The translations under genes and the position numbers were made by a program. Below, in pieces: positions 26,860 to 34,347 of a DNA stretch of 64,000 bases. Within the stretch, counting starts at the first letter, position 1; every line of letters starts with the position of its first letter. Source of the stretch: an uncultured Planctomycetales bacterium (GTDB taxonomy: Bacteria > Omnitrophota > Gorgyraeia > Zapsychrales > Aceulaceae). The stretch lies in NCBI GenBank assembly GCA_964648665.1, contig CAZYOA010000006.1, positions 24,943 through 88,942 of the forward strand. Reading direction: 5' to 3'. A model generated the notes under the pieces. It did not search any database, had not been told where the DNA came from, and saw only the letters and a program-made list of their open reading frames with translations.

Positions 26860-28565
26860 TGGTAAATACAATTAAAGAAAAAGTTTTAGATGCATTGTCA
26901 AATCTTCATGGAATTAGCAAAAAGGATTTAGACGATGCTGTGGCTATGCATCAGCAGAGAGGTATTGGTCTTGATAAAATTTTAATTGAAAAAGGATTGA
27001 TTTCCGAACAAGATTTATTGAGTCTCTTGGTTAAAGAATTTAGCATCCCAACAATTAATCTTTCAAAATATAAAATTGATCCCTCTTTGAAAGAATTAAT
27101 TCCTGCTCGCATAGCAAGACAGCATCATTTAATTCCAATTTCAAAACTTGGAAAAACAATTACTGTTGCCTTGTCTGATCCATTTAATATTTTTGCAGTT
27201 GATGATTTAAAAACATTAACGAATAAAAATATTGATGTTGTTATGAGCGAAGAGTCTAAGATTGCACAAGCTCTTGATAATTATTATGGTGATGATAGTG
27301 TGGAAAGCGTTGCTGATGTTAGTCGTGAGATTGATATTGGTGATTTTGAGGTTATTGGCGATACGCAGACCGATAATCCTCAAGAAGCGAACCTGGAAGA
27401 AAGTGCACGCGCTCCAATCGTGCGTATGGTCGATTTGATTATTCGGGAAGCTTTAAAAGAGAGAGCTTCAGATATTCATATTGAGCCTAGTGAAACGACA
27501 GCTAGGGTTCGTTATCGGATTGATGGTGTTTTAAGAGAAGTTTTAAGCATTCCGCGAATTAATCAAAATGCTGTTATTGTACGCATTAAGATTATGGCTG
27601 GTATTAATATTACAGAAAATCAAATTCCTCAAGATGGACGTTTTAAAATGCGGCTTTCATCAAAGCAAGTTGATTTTCGCGTTTCACTTCTTCCAACAAC
27701 GTTTGGGCAAAAGATTGTTATGCGTATTCTTGATAAGAGCAATTTGGCTGGGGGTTTAGATGGATTAAAATTCTTACCAAAACCTCTTGAGAAATTAAAA
27801 GAAGCAGTTTCTAAGCCTTTTGGGATGATTTTAATAACAGGACCGACAGGAAGTGGAAAATCAACAACCCTGTATTCAATTATTAATCAGCTAAATACAG
27901 TGGATAAAAACATTATTACAGTTGAAGATCCTGTTGAATATTTGATTGATGGACTCACTCAGATTCAGGCAAGAACAGAAATTGGTCTTACGTTTGCCTT
28001 AGGATTAAGAGCAATTTTGCGTCAAAGTCCAGATGTTGTCATGATTGGAGAAATTCGAGACTCGGAGACCGCGGATATTGCTATTAAGGCTGCTTTGACA
28101 GGACAGCTTGTTTTATCTACTTTGCATACGAATGATGCCTCGGGAGCGTTGACTCGCCTGGTAGATATGGGAGTTGAATCTTTTTTAGTTTCTTCTAGCG
28201 TTGTTGCAATTTGCGCACAAAGATTATGTCGAACAATTTGTCCAAAATGCCGTGAAGAGATTAAGATTCCTGATAATGTTTTAAAAGAAAATAATATTGT
28301 AGTTAACCTTGGAACAAAATTTTATCATGGAAAAGGGTGTGAGTTTTGTCGGGAAACAGGTTATTATGGACGTGTTGCCGCAGTTGAGATTTTGGAAGTT
28401 GATGAAAATATTCGCGAGCTATTAGTTAGGGGATCTTCTGCGTCAGAAATTAAGGATTATGCGATTAACCATGGGATGATAACGCTTTGGGATGATATGG
28501 TTGAGAAGTTTTTATCTGGAATAACAACGATTGAGGAAGTTCTTAGAGTTGCAAGCTCAGAATAA
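26859..28565 (+). CDS. pilB: Type IV pilus assembly ATPase, PilB/GspE family, paralog 2
   Basis: Walker A GPTGSGKST, ITVEDPVEY, VVMIGEIRD, His-box variant TGQLVLSTLHT, tetracysteine CPKC...CEFC. TAATG overlap with paralog 1. Confidence 0.9.
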   Translation: MVNTIKEKVLDALSNLHGISKKDLDDAVAMHQQRGIGLDKILIEKGLISEQDLLSLLVKEFSIPTINLSKYKIDPSLKELIPARIARQHHLIPISKLGKTITVALSDPFNIFAVDDLKTLTNKNIDVVMSEESKIAQALDNYYGDDSVESVADVSREIDIGDFEVIGDTQTDNPQEANLEESARAPIVRMVDLIIREALKERASDIHIEPSETTARVRYRIDGVLREVLSIPRINQNAVIVRIKIMAGINITENQIPQDGRFKMRLSSKQVDFRVSLLPTTFGQKIVMRILDKSNLAGGLDGLKFLPKPLEKLKEAVSKPFGMILITGPTGSGKSTTLYSIINQLNTVDKNIITVEDPVEYLIDGLTQIQARTEIGLTFALGLRAILRQSPDVVMIGEIRDSETADIAIKAALTGQLVLSTLHTNDASGALTRLVDMGVESFLVSSSVVAICAQRLCRTICPKCREEIKIPDNVLKENNIVVNLGTKFYHGKGCEFCRETGYYGRVAAVEILEVDENIRELLVRGSSASEIKDYAINHGMITLWDDMVEKFLSGITTIEEVLRVASSE

Positions 28566-28592
28566 AGAATTTTTTACAAGAGGAGTTTAAAC

Positions 28593-29801
28593 ATGCCAAC
28601 ATATAAATATATTGCAAAAGATGAGAATGCAGCAACGATTAGTGGAAAAGTAGTTGCAGAGGATCAAGATTCTGTTATTCAAGAATTGCGCAAACGTAAC
28701 CTTACTGTTGTTAATGTTGAAGAAACCAAGAGCTTTGATTTGAGAAATATTTCTTTTGGAGGAAATAGAGTTAAGCCTGATGAGTTGGTTATATTTTCGC
28801 GTCAGCTTTCAACAATGATTGAGGCGGGTATCCCAATTTTGCAGAGCTTAGAAGCGCTTGAAGAGCAAACAACAGATCGATATTTTAAAGAAGTTGTAGC
28901 GACTGTTCGAGAAGATGTTTCTGTTGGAAACAGTCTTTCGGCAGCATTTGGAAAGCATCCTAAAGTTTTTGATACTCTTTTTGTGAGTATGGTTAAGGCT
29001 GGAGAAACGGGAGGTGCTTTAAATGAACTTTTGGATCGAGTTGCTGGATATATGGAAAAAACATTAAAATTAAAACGCAAAGTTAAAGCAGCGATGGTCT
29101 ATCCACTTGTTGTTATTTCTATGGCACTTATTATAACATTGATTTTGCTTATTAAAGTTGTTCCAACGTTTAAAGAAATATATGCTTCACTCGGTCATGA
29201 ATTACCTGGATTGACACAAGTGTTGATTCATATTAGTGATAATTTACGTTCGAATTTTTTAATAGGAATTATTTTGATGGTTGTTTCTTTTGTTGTTTTT
29301 GTTAATTATAAGAAAACTCCAAGAGGAAGTCTTCAATTTGACAGTCTTAGTCTTAAGGTGCCGGTTTTTGGGCCGCTGATTAAGAAAGTAGCGATTAGTC
29401 GATTTAGCCGAACCCTTGCAACGTTAATTCAAAGTGGTGTTCCAATCTTGACGTCTTTAGAAATTGTTGGAAAAAGTTCTGGAAATCGCGTTATTGAGTT
29501 GATAGCTGATGATGCATGTGAGCATATTCGAGACGGAGAAAGCATTTCTGAGCCACTTGCCAATAGTAAAGTTTTTCCTCAAATGGTTATTCGCATGATT
29601 TCTGTTGGAGAAAAGACAGGAAAGATGGAGACTATGCTAACAAAAATCGCAGAATTTTATGAAGATCAGGTTGATGCGGCTGTTTCTGGTCTTACGAGCA
29701 TGATTGAACCTCTTATTATTGGATTTTTAGGAATTGTTGTTGGTTTTATTGTTATTGCTTTGTTTATGCCAATTATAAATTTAACAACCATGGTTGGGTG
29801 A
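28593..29801 (+). CDS. pilC: Type IV pilus platform protein PilC (GspF family)
   Basis: Two T2SSF repeats (FSRQLSTMIEAGIPILQSL; FSRTLATLIQSGVPILTSL); three TM segments; 402 aa. Confidence 0.92.
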   Translation: MPTYKYIAKDENAATISGKVVAEDQDSVIQELRKRNLTVVNVEETKSFDLRNISFGGNRVKPDELVIFSRQLSTMIEAGIPILQSLEALEEQTTDRYFKEVVATVREDVSVGNSLSAAFGKHPKVFDTLFVSMVKAGETGGALNELLDRVAGYMEKTLKLKRKVKAAMVYPLVVISMALIITLILLIKVVPTFKEIYASLGHELPGLTQVLIHISDNLRSNFLIGIILMVVSFVVFVNYKKTPRGSLQFDSLSLKVPVFGPLIKKVAISRFSRTLATLIQSGVPILTSLEIVGKSSGNRVIELIADDACEHIRDGESISEPLANSKVFPQMVIRMISVGEKTGKMETMLTKIAEFYEDQVDAAVSGLTSMIEPLIIGFLGIVVGFIVIALFMPIINLTTMVG

Positions 29802-29803
29802 CA

Positions 29804-30838
29804 ATGAAATTCTTTTTAATTTCTATATTTAGCTTGCTGGTTTTATTAATAAATCCTTCTATGGCACATTCGCAAAATGAGAGCGACTCTTTGAATCTTG
29901 TTGATTATTGGGCTCAAAATGTTACTGAGTTAAAGATGAGCATGAATAATCTCTCTGCGGAAAATGATATATTTTTTCAAGAAAATCAAGACTTGATTAG
30001 GCAGATTAATATTTTATCTGGTCAAATAAAAGAAATGAATGCGCAAATAAAAAAGTTTGGGTCTTCTGGAGATTTGGCTTCTAAAGAAATTAAGAAAATA
30101 CGCAATGAAATTCTGAGGCTAGAGGAGAAGTTGAATCATTCTTTAAAGAAAAAGAGTAATCTTGAAGATAAGACAGAAAAGTTTAAAAATTATATTGATC
30201 AAAAACAAGTAGAAAATCAACAAATTGAATCAAGAATTGAACGCATTAGGAAGAATATAGGGCTTCTTGACGAAAAGAATGATTCTAAAGTTCATCGAGA
30301 TCAGCAGGATTTCGATAAGCATGAAGGTCAAGAAGTGCGTCTTGTTGAGATGCTTGAGATGAGCGAGACTGATTTATCTGACTGGAAAAGCAGGATTGAG
30401 AATCTTAATGGTGAGTTTTTGTCTTTTCGTCAGCGTTTTCAAGTACTAAATAAAGAAAATCAGGAAATTTATCAGGAAATGTTAAGTATTTATGAGAATT
30501 TAAAAGAATTTTCGCCTCAGCAGCATTCGTTAACAGAAGAACGTGATGTTCTTTTGGGGCAATATCAGACACAGATTGATGCTTTCTCAAAAGAGGTTTC
30601 TAATGTTGCGAAAGGCAAGAAGCATCTTCAAAATGAGTTTATGCAAGTTCAGCAGGATATTGAGAAATTTAAGCATCAGGTAGATACTGAGAAAATTCGT
30701 ATGCTTCAATCTGAGTCTCTGGCTCTTGAGAATGAAAATAGGGATTTGAAGAAGCAATTTAAGAAACTTCAGAAAGATCTTGTCCGAGTTCAAAAACAAA
30801 GAAAAAATATGGAAAATCGGATTAAAAGTCGAAAGTAG
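29804..30838 (+). CDS. Exported coiled-coil protein, function unknown (pilus-locus embedded)
   Basis: Signal peptide MKFFLISIFSLLVLLINPSMAHSQ, then ~320 aa of E/K/Q/N-rich heptad-like sequence. ATG 29804 is preferred over the GTG at 29798. Confidence 0.6.
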   Translation: MKFFLISIFSLLVLLINPSMAHSQNESDSLNLVDYWAQNVTELKMSMNNLSAENDIFFQENQDLIRQINILSGQIKEMNAQIKKFGSSGDLASKEIKKIRNEILRLEEKLNHSLKKKSNLEDKTEKFKNYIDQKQVENQQIESRIERIRKNIGLLDEKNDSKVHRDQQDFDKHEGQEVRLVEMLEMSETDLSDWKSRIENLNGEFLSFRQRFQVLNKENQEIYQEMLSIYENLKEFSPQQHSLTEERDVLLGQYQTQIDAFSKEVSNVAKGKKHLQNEFMQVQQDIEKFKHQVDTEKIRMLQSESLALENENRDLKKQFKKLQKDLVRVQKQRKNMENRIKSRK

Positions 30839-30916
30839 TAATGATTTCCCTTATCTTGGTAAATGAAAATTTTCCGTGATATACTTTTAGTGGAATAAAG
30901 GTTTCTTAAAAAGAAA

Positions 30917-30945
30917 TTGACACTGAAAGGGGGAAAGGTTAAAAT
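30917..30945 (+). promoter_or_regulatory. Sigma-70-type promoter candidate for pilA (TTGACA-17-TAAAAT)
   Basis: Perfect -35 TTGACA 30917-30922, exact 17-nt spacer, TAAAAT 30940-30945. This predicts a ~120-nt 5' UTR. Confidence 0.65.
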
Positions 30946-31015
30946 AATATGGATTAGAGCTATTGGTAGGAATCCTGAAAATGTGAGCTTTAAAATGTTC
31001 TTATATGTTCAATCA

Positions 31016-31059
31016 TTCTTTCAGGGTTTTAAAATAGTTTATTCTGAATCCTGAAAGGA
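31016..31059 (+). promoter_or_regulatory. Candidate SD-sequestering hairpin in pilA leader
   Basis: TTCTTTCAGGGTTT (31016-31029) can pair with GAATCCTGAAAGGA (31046-31059); the core is 8 Watson-Crick bp, CTTTCAGG/CCTGAAAG, extended by G.U/A-U pairs. This covers the 5' part of the SD AAAGGAGG. Checked by hand only. Confidence 0.35.
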
Positions 31060-31070
31060 GGTCGAGAATT

Positions 31071-31475
31071 ATGAATAAAAAAGGTTTTACGCTAGTCGAG
31101 GTTATGATCGTAGTTGCGATCATCGCTTTATTGGCTGCAATCGCTATCCCTAATTTACTCAGGGCAAAGATTTCAGCTAACGATGCATTGGCACAAAGTA
31201 CGCTTCGCACTATTTCAACAGGTGCAGAAACATACGGAACTGCAAATTCTGGAAATTATCCAGCAGATATCGCGTCGCTTACAACAGGTGCAACTCCACC
31301 ATATTTAAATGCGCCATATTGTGATCAAACAATATCTGGTTATACGTATGATTGTTCTGGAATGACCGAAACTGGATATACGCTAATAGCAGCACCTGTG
31401 ACAAATAACACAACTGGTTCTTCATCGTATACGATGACTACAGGTGGTGTTTTGACAGCAGCAGCTCCTCAGTAA
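31071..31475 (+). CDS. pilA: Type IV pilin (prepilin with N-terminal cleavage/methylation motif)
   Basis: MNKKG|FTLVEVMIVVAIIALLAAIAIPNLL class III signal (Gly-1, Phe+1, Glu+5); Cys84/Cys95 pair; strong SD aaaggagg. Confidence 0.9.
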   Translation: MNKKGFTLVEVMIVVAIIALLAAIAIPNLLRAKISANDALAQSTLRTISTGAETYGTANSGNYPADIASLTTGATPPYLNAPYCDQTISGYTYDCSGMTETGYTLIAAPVTNNTTGSSSYTMTTGGVLTAAAPQ

Positions 31476-31508
31476 TAGGAGTAATTTTTTTGTTGGTTGT
31501 TTTTATAG

Positions 31509-31540
31509 GCGAGAGGTCTTTTGGACCTCTCGCTTTTTTT
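31509..31540 (+). terminator. Rho-independent terminator after pilA
   Basis: GCGAGAGGTC (31509-31518) pairs with GACCTCTCGC (31524-31533), 5-nt loop, then TTTTTTT. Confidence 0.9.
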
Positions 31541-31732
31541 ATTAAGGAAGTTAGATAGAAAATGGTGTTTAATTTTCTTAAAATAATTTCTCTCTTTAAG
31601 AAAGTGTAATTTAAGAATTAAAAACTTGGATAGAAATTTCTTATTATTTAATAGGGAAAATATGATATTCAATGTATAATACATTTAAATATATCCTTTA
31701 TTATTAAAATACTTTATAGATAAAATATTTTT

Positions 31733-32815
31733 ATGAAAAAAATTGTAGAAAAATACTTCTCGTTTGTTAGAGCCCATCTTCCTCAGAAGCCTCAAGAGTC
31801 GTGTGTTGGTTTAGATATCGGTCCTCGATCATGTAGAGCTGTTGAAGTGATTAAATCTAATGGGGATGATATTAAAGTTGTTAATTGGGTGGTTGAGCCT
31901 TATAGCAATGGGGATTTAAAAGGTGCTATTCGCAAGATTTTGTCTCGTTTTGAATTTTCATCAAAGAATGTTTTTACAGGGCTAACTGGTCAGGGAATAT
32001 TGATTCGCTTTATCAAGATGCCTCGTATGTCATTAAAGCAATTGAGACAGTCAATTTATATTGAAATCGATAAATATTTTCCTTTTTCTAAAGATCAGGT
32101 TTCGATGGATTGTCATATTATTGATGACGACAAGGCAAAAGATAATAAAATCTTAACATTAGTTGCTGTTGCAAAAAAAGAGCTTATTAAGCAACGCCTG
32201 GATCTTATTTTATCTTTAGATTTACAGTCAAATTCTCTTGGGTTAAATGCAATAGCATTGTCAAATGTTTTTACAAAGTTTCAGCTGAAGAGAAAAGATC
32301 TTGATGACGCTGATCATCCGTCAGAGAAAACAGTTGCTGTTTTGGATATTGCAGAGGCAAAAAGCACCCTTGTTGTTTTAGAGAAGAATATGCCAAAGTT
32401 CACTAGGGATATTTCTGTTGGCGGAAAAAATTTTGCACAGAAAGTTGCAAATGTTTTAAATTTAGATTCTCAAAAGCTCGAGGATGTTCGAAAAGATATT
32501 AGTCCTGAGACGGCTAGTGAGATTCTTTCTGCATGTCGAGAAACATTGTCAAGTTTGGTTTCTGAAATTCGACTTTCATTTGATTATTTTACATCAGAAA
32601 ATACGTCGGAGGTTTCAAAATTATATTTAACCGGGGAATCTTCAAATTTACCTGGAATGAATGATTTCTTTTTTAAAGAACTAGGCATTTCTGTGGAATA
32701 TTGGAATCCGGTGAACGCTTTAAGTTTTTCAGATAAGGTTTCTCAAGAACAGTTTTCTGAAAATATTTATCAATTATCTATTGCTTTAGGGCTCTGTCTT
32801 TCTAACAATGATTAA
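31733..32815 (+). CDS. pilM: Type IV pilus assembly protein PilM (actin-like ATPase fold)
   Basis: VGLDIGPRSCRAVEV phosphate-1-like motif, size 360 aa, followed by pilNOPQ. Confidence 0.85.
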   Translation: MKKIVEKYFSFVRAHLPQKPQESCVGLDIGPRSCRAVEVIKSNGDDIKVVNWVVEPYSNGDLKGAIRKILSRFEFSSKNVFTGLTGQGILIRFIKMPRMSLKQLRQSIYIEIDKYFPFSKDQVSMDCHIIDDDKAKDNKILTLVAVAKKELIKQRLDLILSLDLQSNSLGLNAIALSNVFTKFQLKRKDLDDADHPSEKTVAVLDIAEAKSTLVVLEKNMPKFTRDISVGGKNFAQKVANVLNLDSQKLEDVRKDISPETASEILSACRETLSSLVSEIRLSFDYFTSENTSEVSKLYLTGESSNLPGMNDFFFKELGISVEYWNPVNALSFSDKVSQEQFSENIYQLSIALGLCLSNND

Positions 32816-33410
32816 AATTAATTTAGTTCCAGAAGATTTACAAAAGAAACAAAAAGGACAAGCTTTTCAGCAGGTTTTAAAAGGTGTTCCTTTGGAAGTT
32901 TTAGTAGGTGTTTCGGTGGGGGTAATTGTGTTTTTGGTTGTTATCCATATTGCTTTAGAATCGTTAATTTTTGTAAATTTGATAAATCACCAAAATCAGA
33001 AATCTGAATGGTCTTCAATCGCTCCAGAAAGAGAGCGAGTTGATAAGGTTTTGGAAAATCTTGATATTTTAAGAAAAAAAATAGATGCAGTTGAAAAAAT
33101 TACAGTTGAACAAAGGATTTCTTGGTCAGAAAAATTAAATGTGATTAGCAATGTAATGCCTCAAGGTGTTTGGCTTGAAAAAATATCATTAAGTGATAAT
33201 GTTTTTTTAATTAGAGGAAGTGCAGTTTCTAAGAAAAGTGATGAGATGACAATCGTAGGAAATTTTAGTTCGAATTTAAAGAAACAAAAAGAGTTCATGG
33301 ATGGTCTTCAAGATATTGAAGTCGGTTCGATACAAAGGCGAAATATTCAGTCAACTCAGGTTGCTGATTTTGTTATTAGCTTAAAGCTGGATGAGAAATT
33401 TAATGAATAA
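32808..33410 (+). CDS. pilN: Type IV pilus assembly protein PilN
   Basis: MIKINLVPEDL N-terminus (the INLLP-type motif that binds PilM), single TM, periplasmic coiled coil; overlaps the pilM stop. Confidence 0.75.
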   Translation: MIKINLVPEDLQKKQKGQAFQQVLKGVPLEVLVGVSVGVIVFLVVIHIALESLIFVNLINHQNQKSEWSSIAPERERVDKVLENLDILRKKIDAVEKITVEQRISWSEKLNVISNVMPQGVWLEKISLSDNVFLIRGSAVSKKSDEMTIVGNFSSNLKKQKEFMDGLQDIEVGSIQRRNIQSTQVADFVISLKLDEKFNE

Positions 33411-33987
33411 GATACCTTTTGAAATTCCTGAAATGACTAATAAAACAAAGTATTATTTGTTTGCAGGTATCATTGTTATTGTTTTTCTTCTTGATTATAC
33501 TTTGTTTATGCGTTTTCGAATCAAAGCGCTTAATTCTCTCGCTCCTGAAATTTCTAAGTTTTCGGAGAGCTTGAAAAATACAAAATATAATTTTGAACAT
33601 CAGCCTGCATATCAAAAAGAAGTTTCCGGTCTAAGAGAAAAACTTTCTAAAGTTGAGAAAAGTATTCTAGCTCGAGAAGAAATTCCAATGCTGCTTGAAA
33701 ATATTTCAAGACTTGCTACAAGTTCAAATGTTCAAATTGATCAAATTATGCCTTTGAAAGATTCTCAAAGTCTTGTTTTAGAGAATGAAGATGCTCGATT
33801 TTATGCTTTGCCGATTTATGTTAAGGGGCAAGGAGGCTATCATTCGATCGGAGAATTCTTTAATCGCATTGAAAGCAATCAAGTTTTTATGAACATAGAA
33901 GATTTTGATATCTTTAGTAGTCCTCAAAATCCTAGAAAGCATATTGTCAAGACCGCAGTTACGATTTTTGTCATGGAGAGAAAATAA
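33391..33987 (+). CDS. pilO: Type IV pilus assembly protein PilO
   Basis: Single TM (YYLFAGIIVIVFLL), coiled coil, ferredoxin-like C-domain; position after pilN. The start could be ATG 33403. Confidence 0.7.
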   Translation: MRNLMNKIPFEIPEMTNKTKYYLFAGIIVIVFLLDYTLFMRFRIKALNSLAPEISKFSESLKNTKYNFEHQPAYQKEVSGLREKLSKVEKSILAREEIPMLLENISRLATSSNVQIDQIMPLKDSQSLVLENEDARFYALPIYVKGQGGYHSIGEFFNRIESNQVFMNIEDFDIFSSPQNPRKHIVKTAVTIFVMERK

Positions 33988-33989
33988 AA

Positions 33990-34346
33990 ATGATTTTACG
34001 CGTTTTAATTTTGATTAGCTGTATCATGTTGTCTGTTACAACTTTGCTTGCCAATCAAAATAAAAATTTTGTTTATGATGCAAAAGAAAAAAGAGATCCG
34101 TTTTGGCCTCTGGTTACTTCGAGCGGAACAATCTTGAGTTATGATGAAGACTTAAATTATGAAGATTTGATTGTTGAAGGAATTGTTTATGATTCCGCTG
34201 GAAATAGCTTGGCCATTATTAATGGCAAAATTTTTAAGACGGGAAGTAAAATTACGGGATATCTTATTTCTCAGATTGAAGAAAATAGGGTTATTTTAAT
34301 TAAAGATAATAAAGAATTTATTTTAAATTTAAGAAAGGGGCGATAA
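33990..34346 (+). CDS. pilP: PilP-like pilus assembly protein
   Basis: Signal/anchor sequence, RDPFWPL motif, beta-rich C-domain (GIVYDSAGNSLAIINGKIFKTGSKITGYLISQIEENRVIL); sits between pilO and pilQ. Confidence 0.6.
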   Translation: MILRVLILISCIMLSVTTLLANQNKNFVYDAKEKRDPFWPLVTSSGTILSYDEDLNYEDLIVEGIVYDSAGNSLAIINGKIFKTGSKITGYLISQIEENRVILIKDNKEFILNLRKGR

Positions 34347-34347
34347 A

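Noticed and set aside
30839-31070. Sigma-54 promoter (TGGCAC-N5-TTGCW) upstream of pilA, as in many proteobacterial pilA genes
   Set aside because: No TGGCAC/TTGC pair occurs in the spacer. The only TGGCAC nearby (about 31186) is inside the pilA coding region and lacks the -12 element. A near-consensus sigma-70 promoter is present instead.
31469-31684. 71-aa minus-strand ORF in the pilA-pilM spacer
   Set aside because: The spacer is extremely AT-rich, the product is Lys/Asn/Phe/Leu low-complexity, and the ORF overlaps the pilA terminator.
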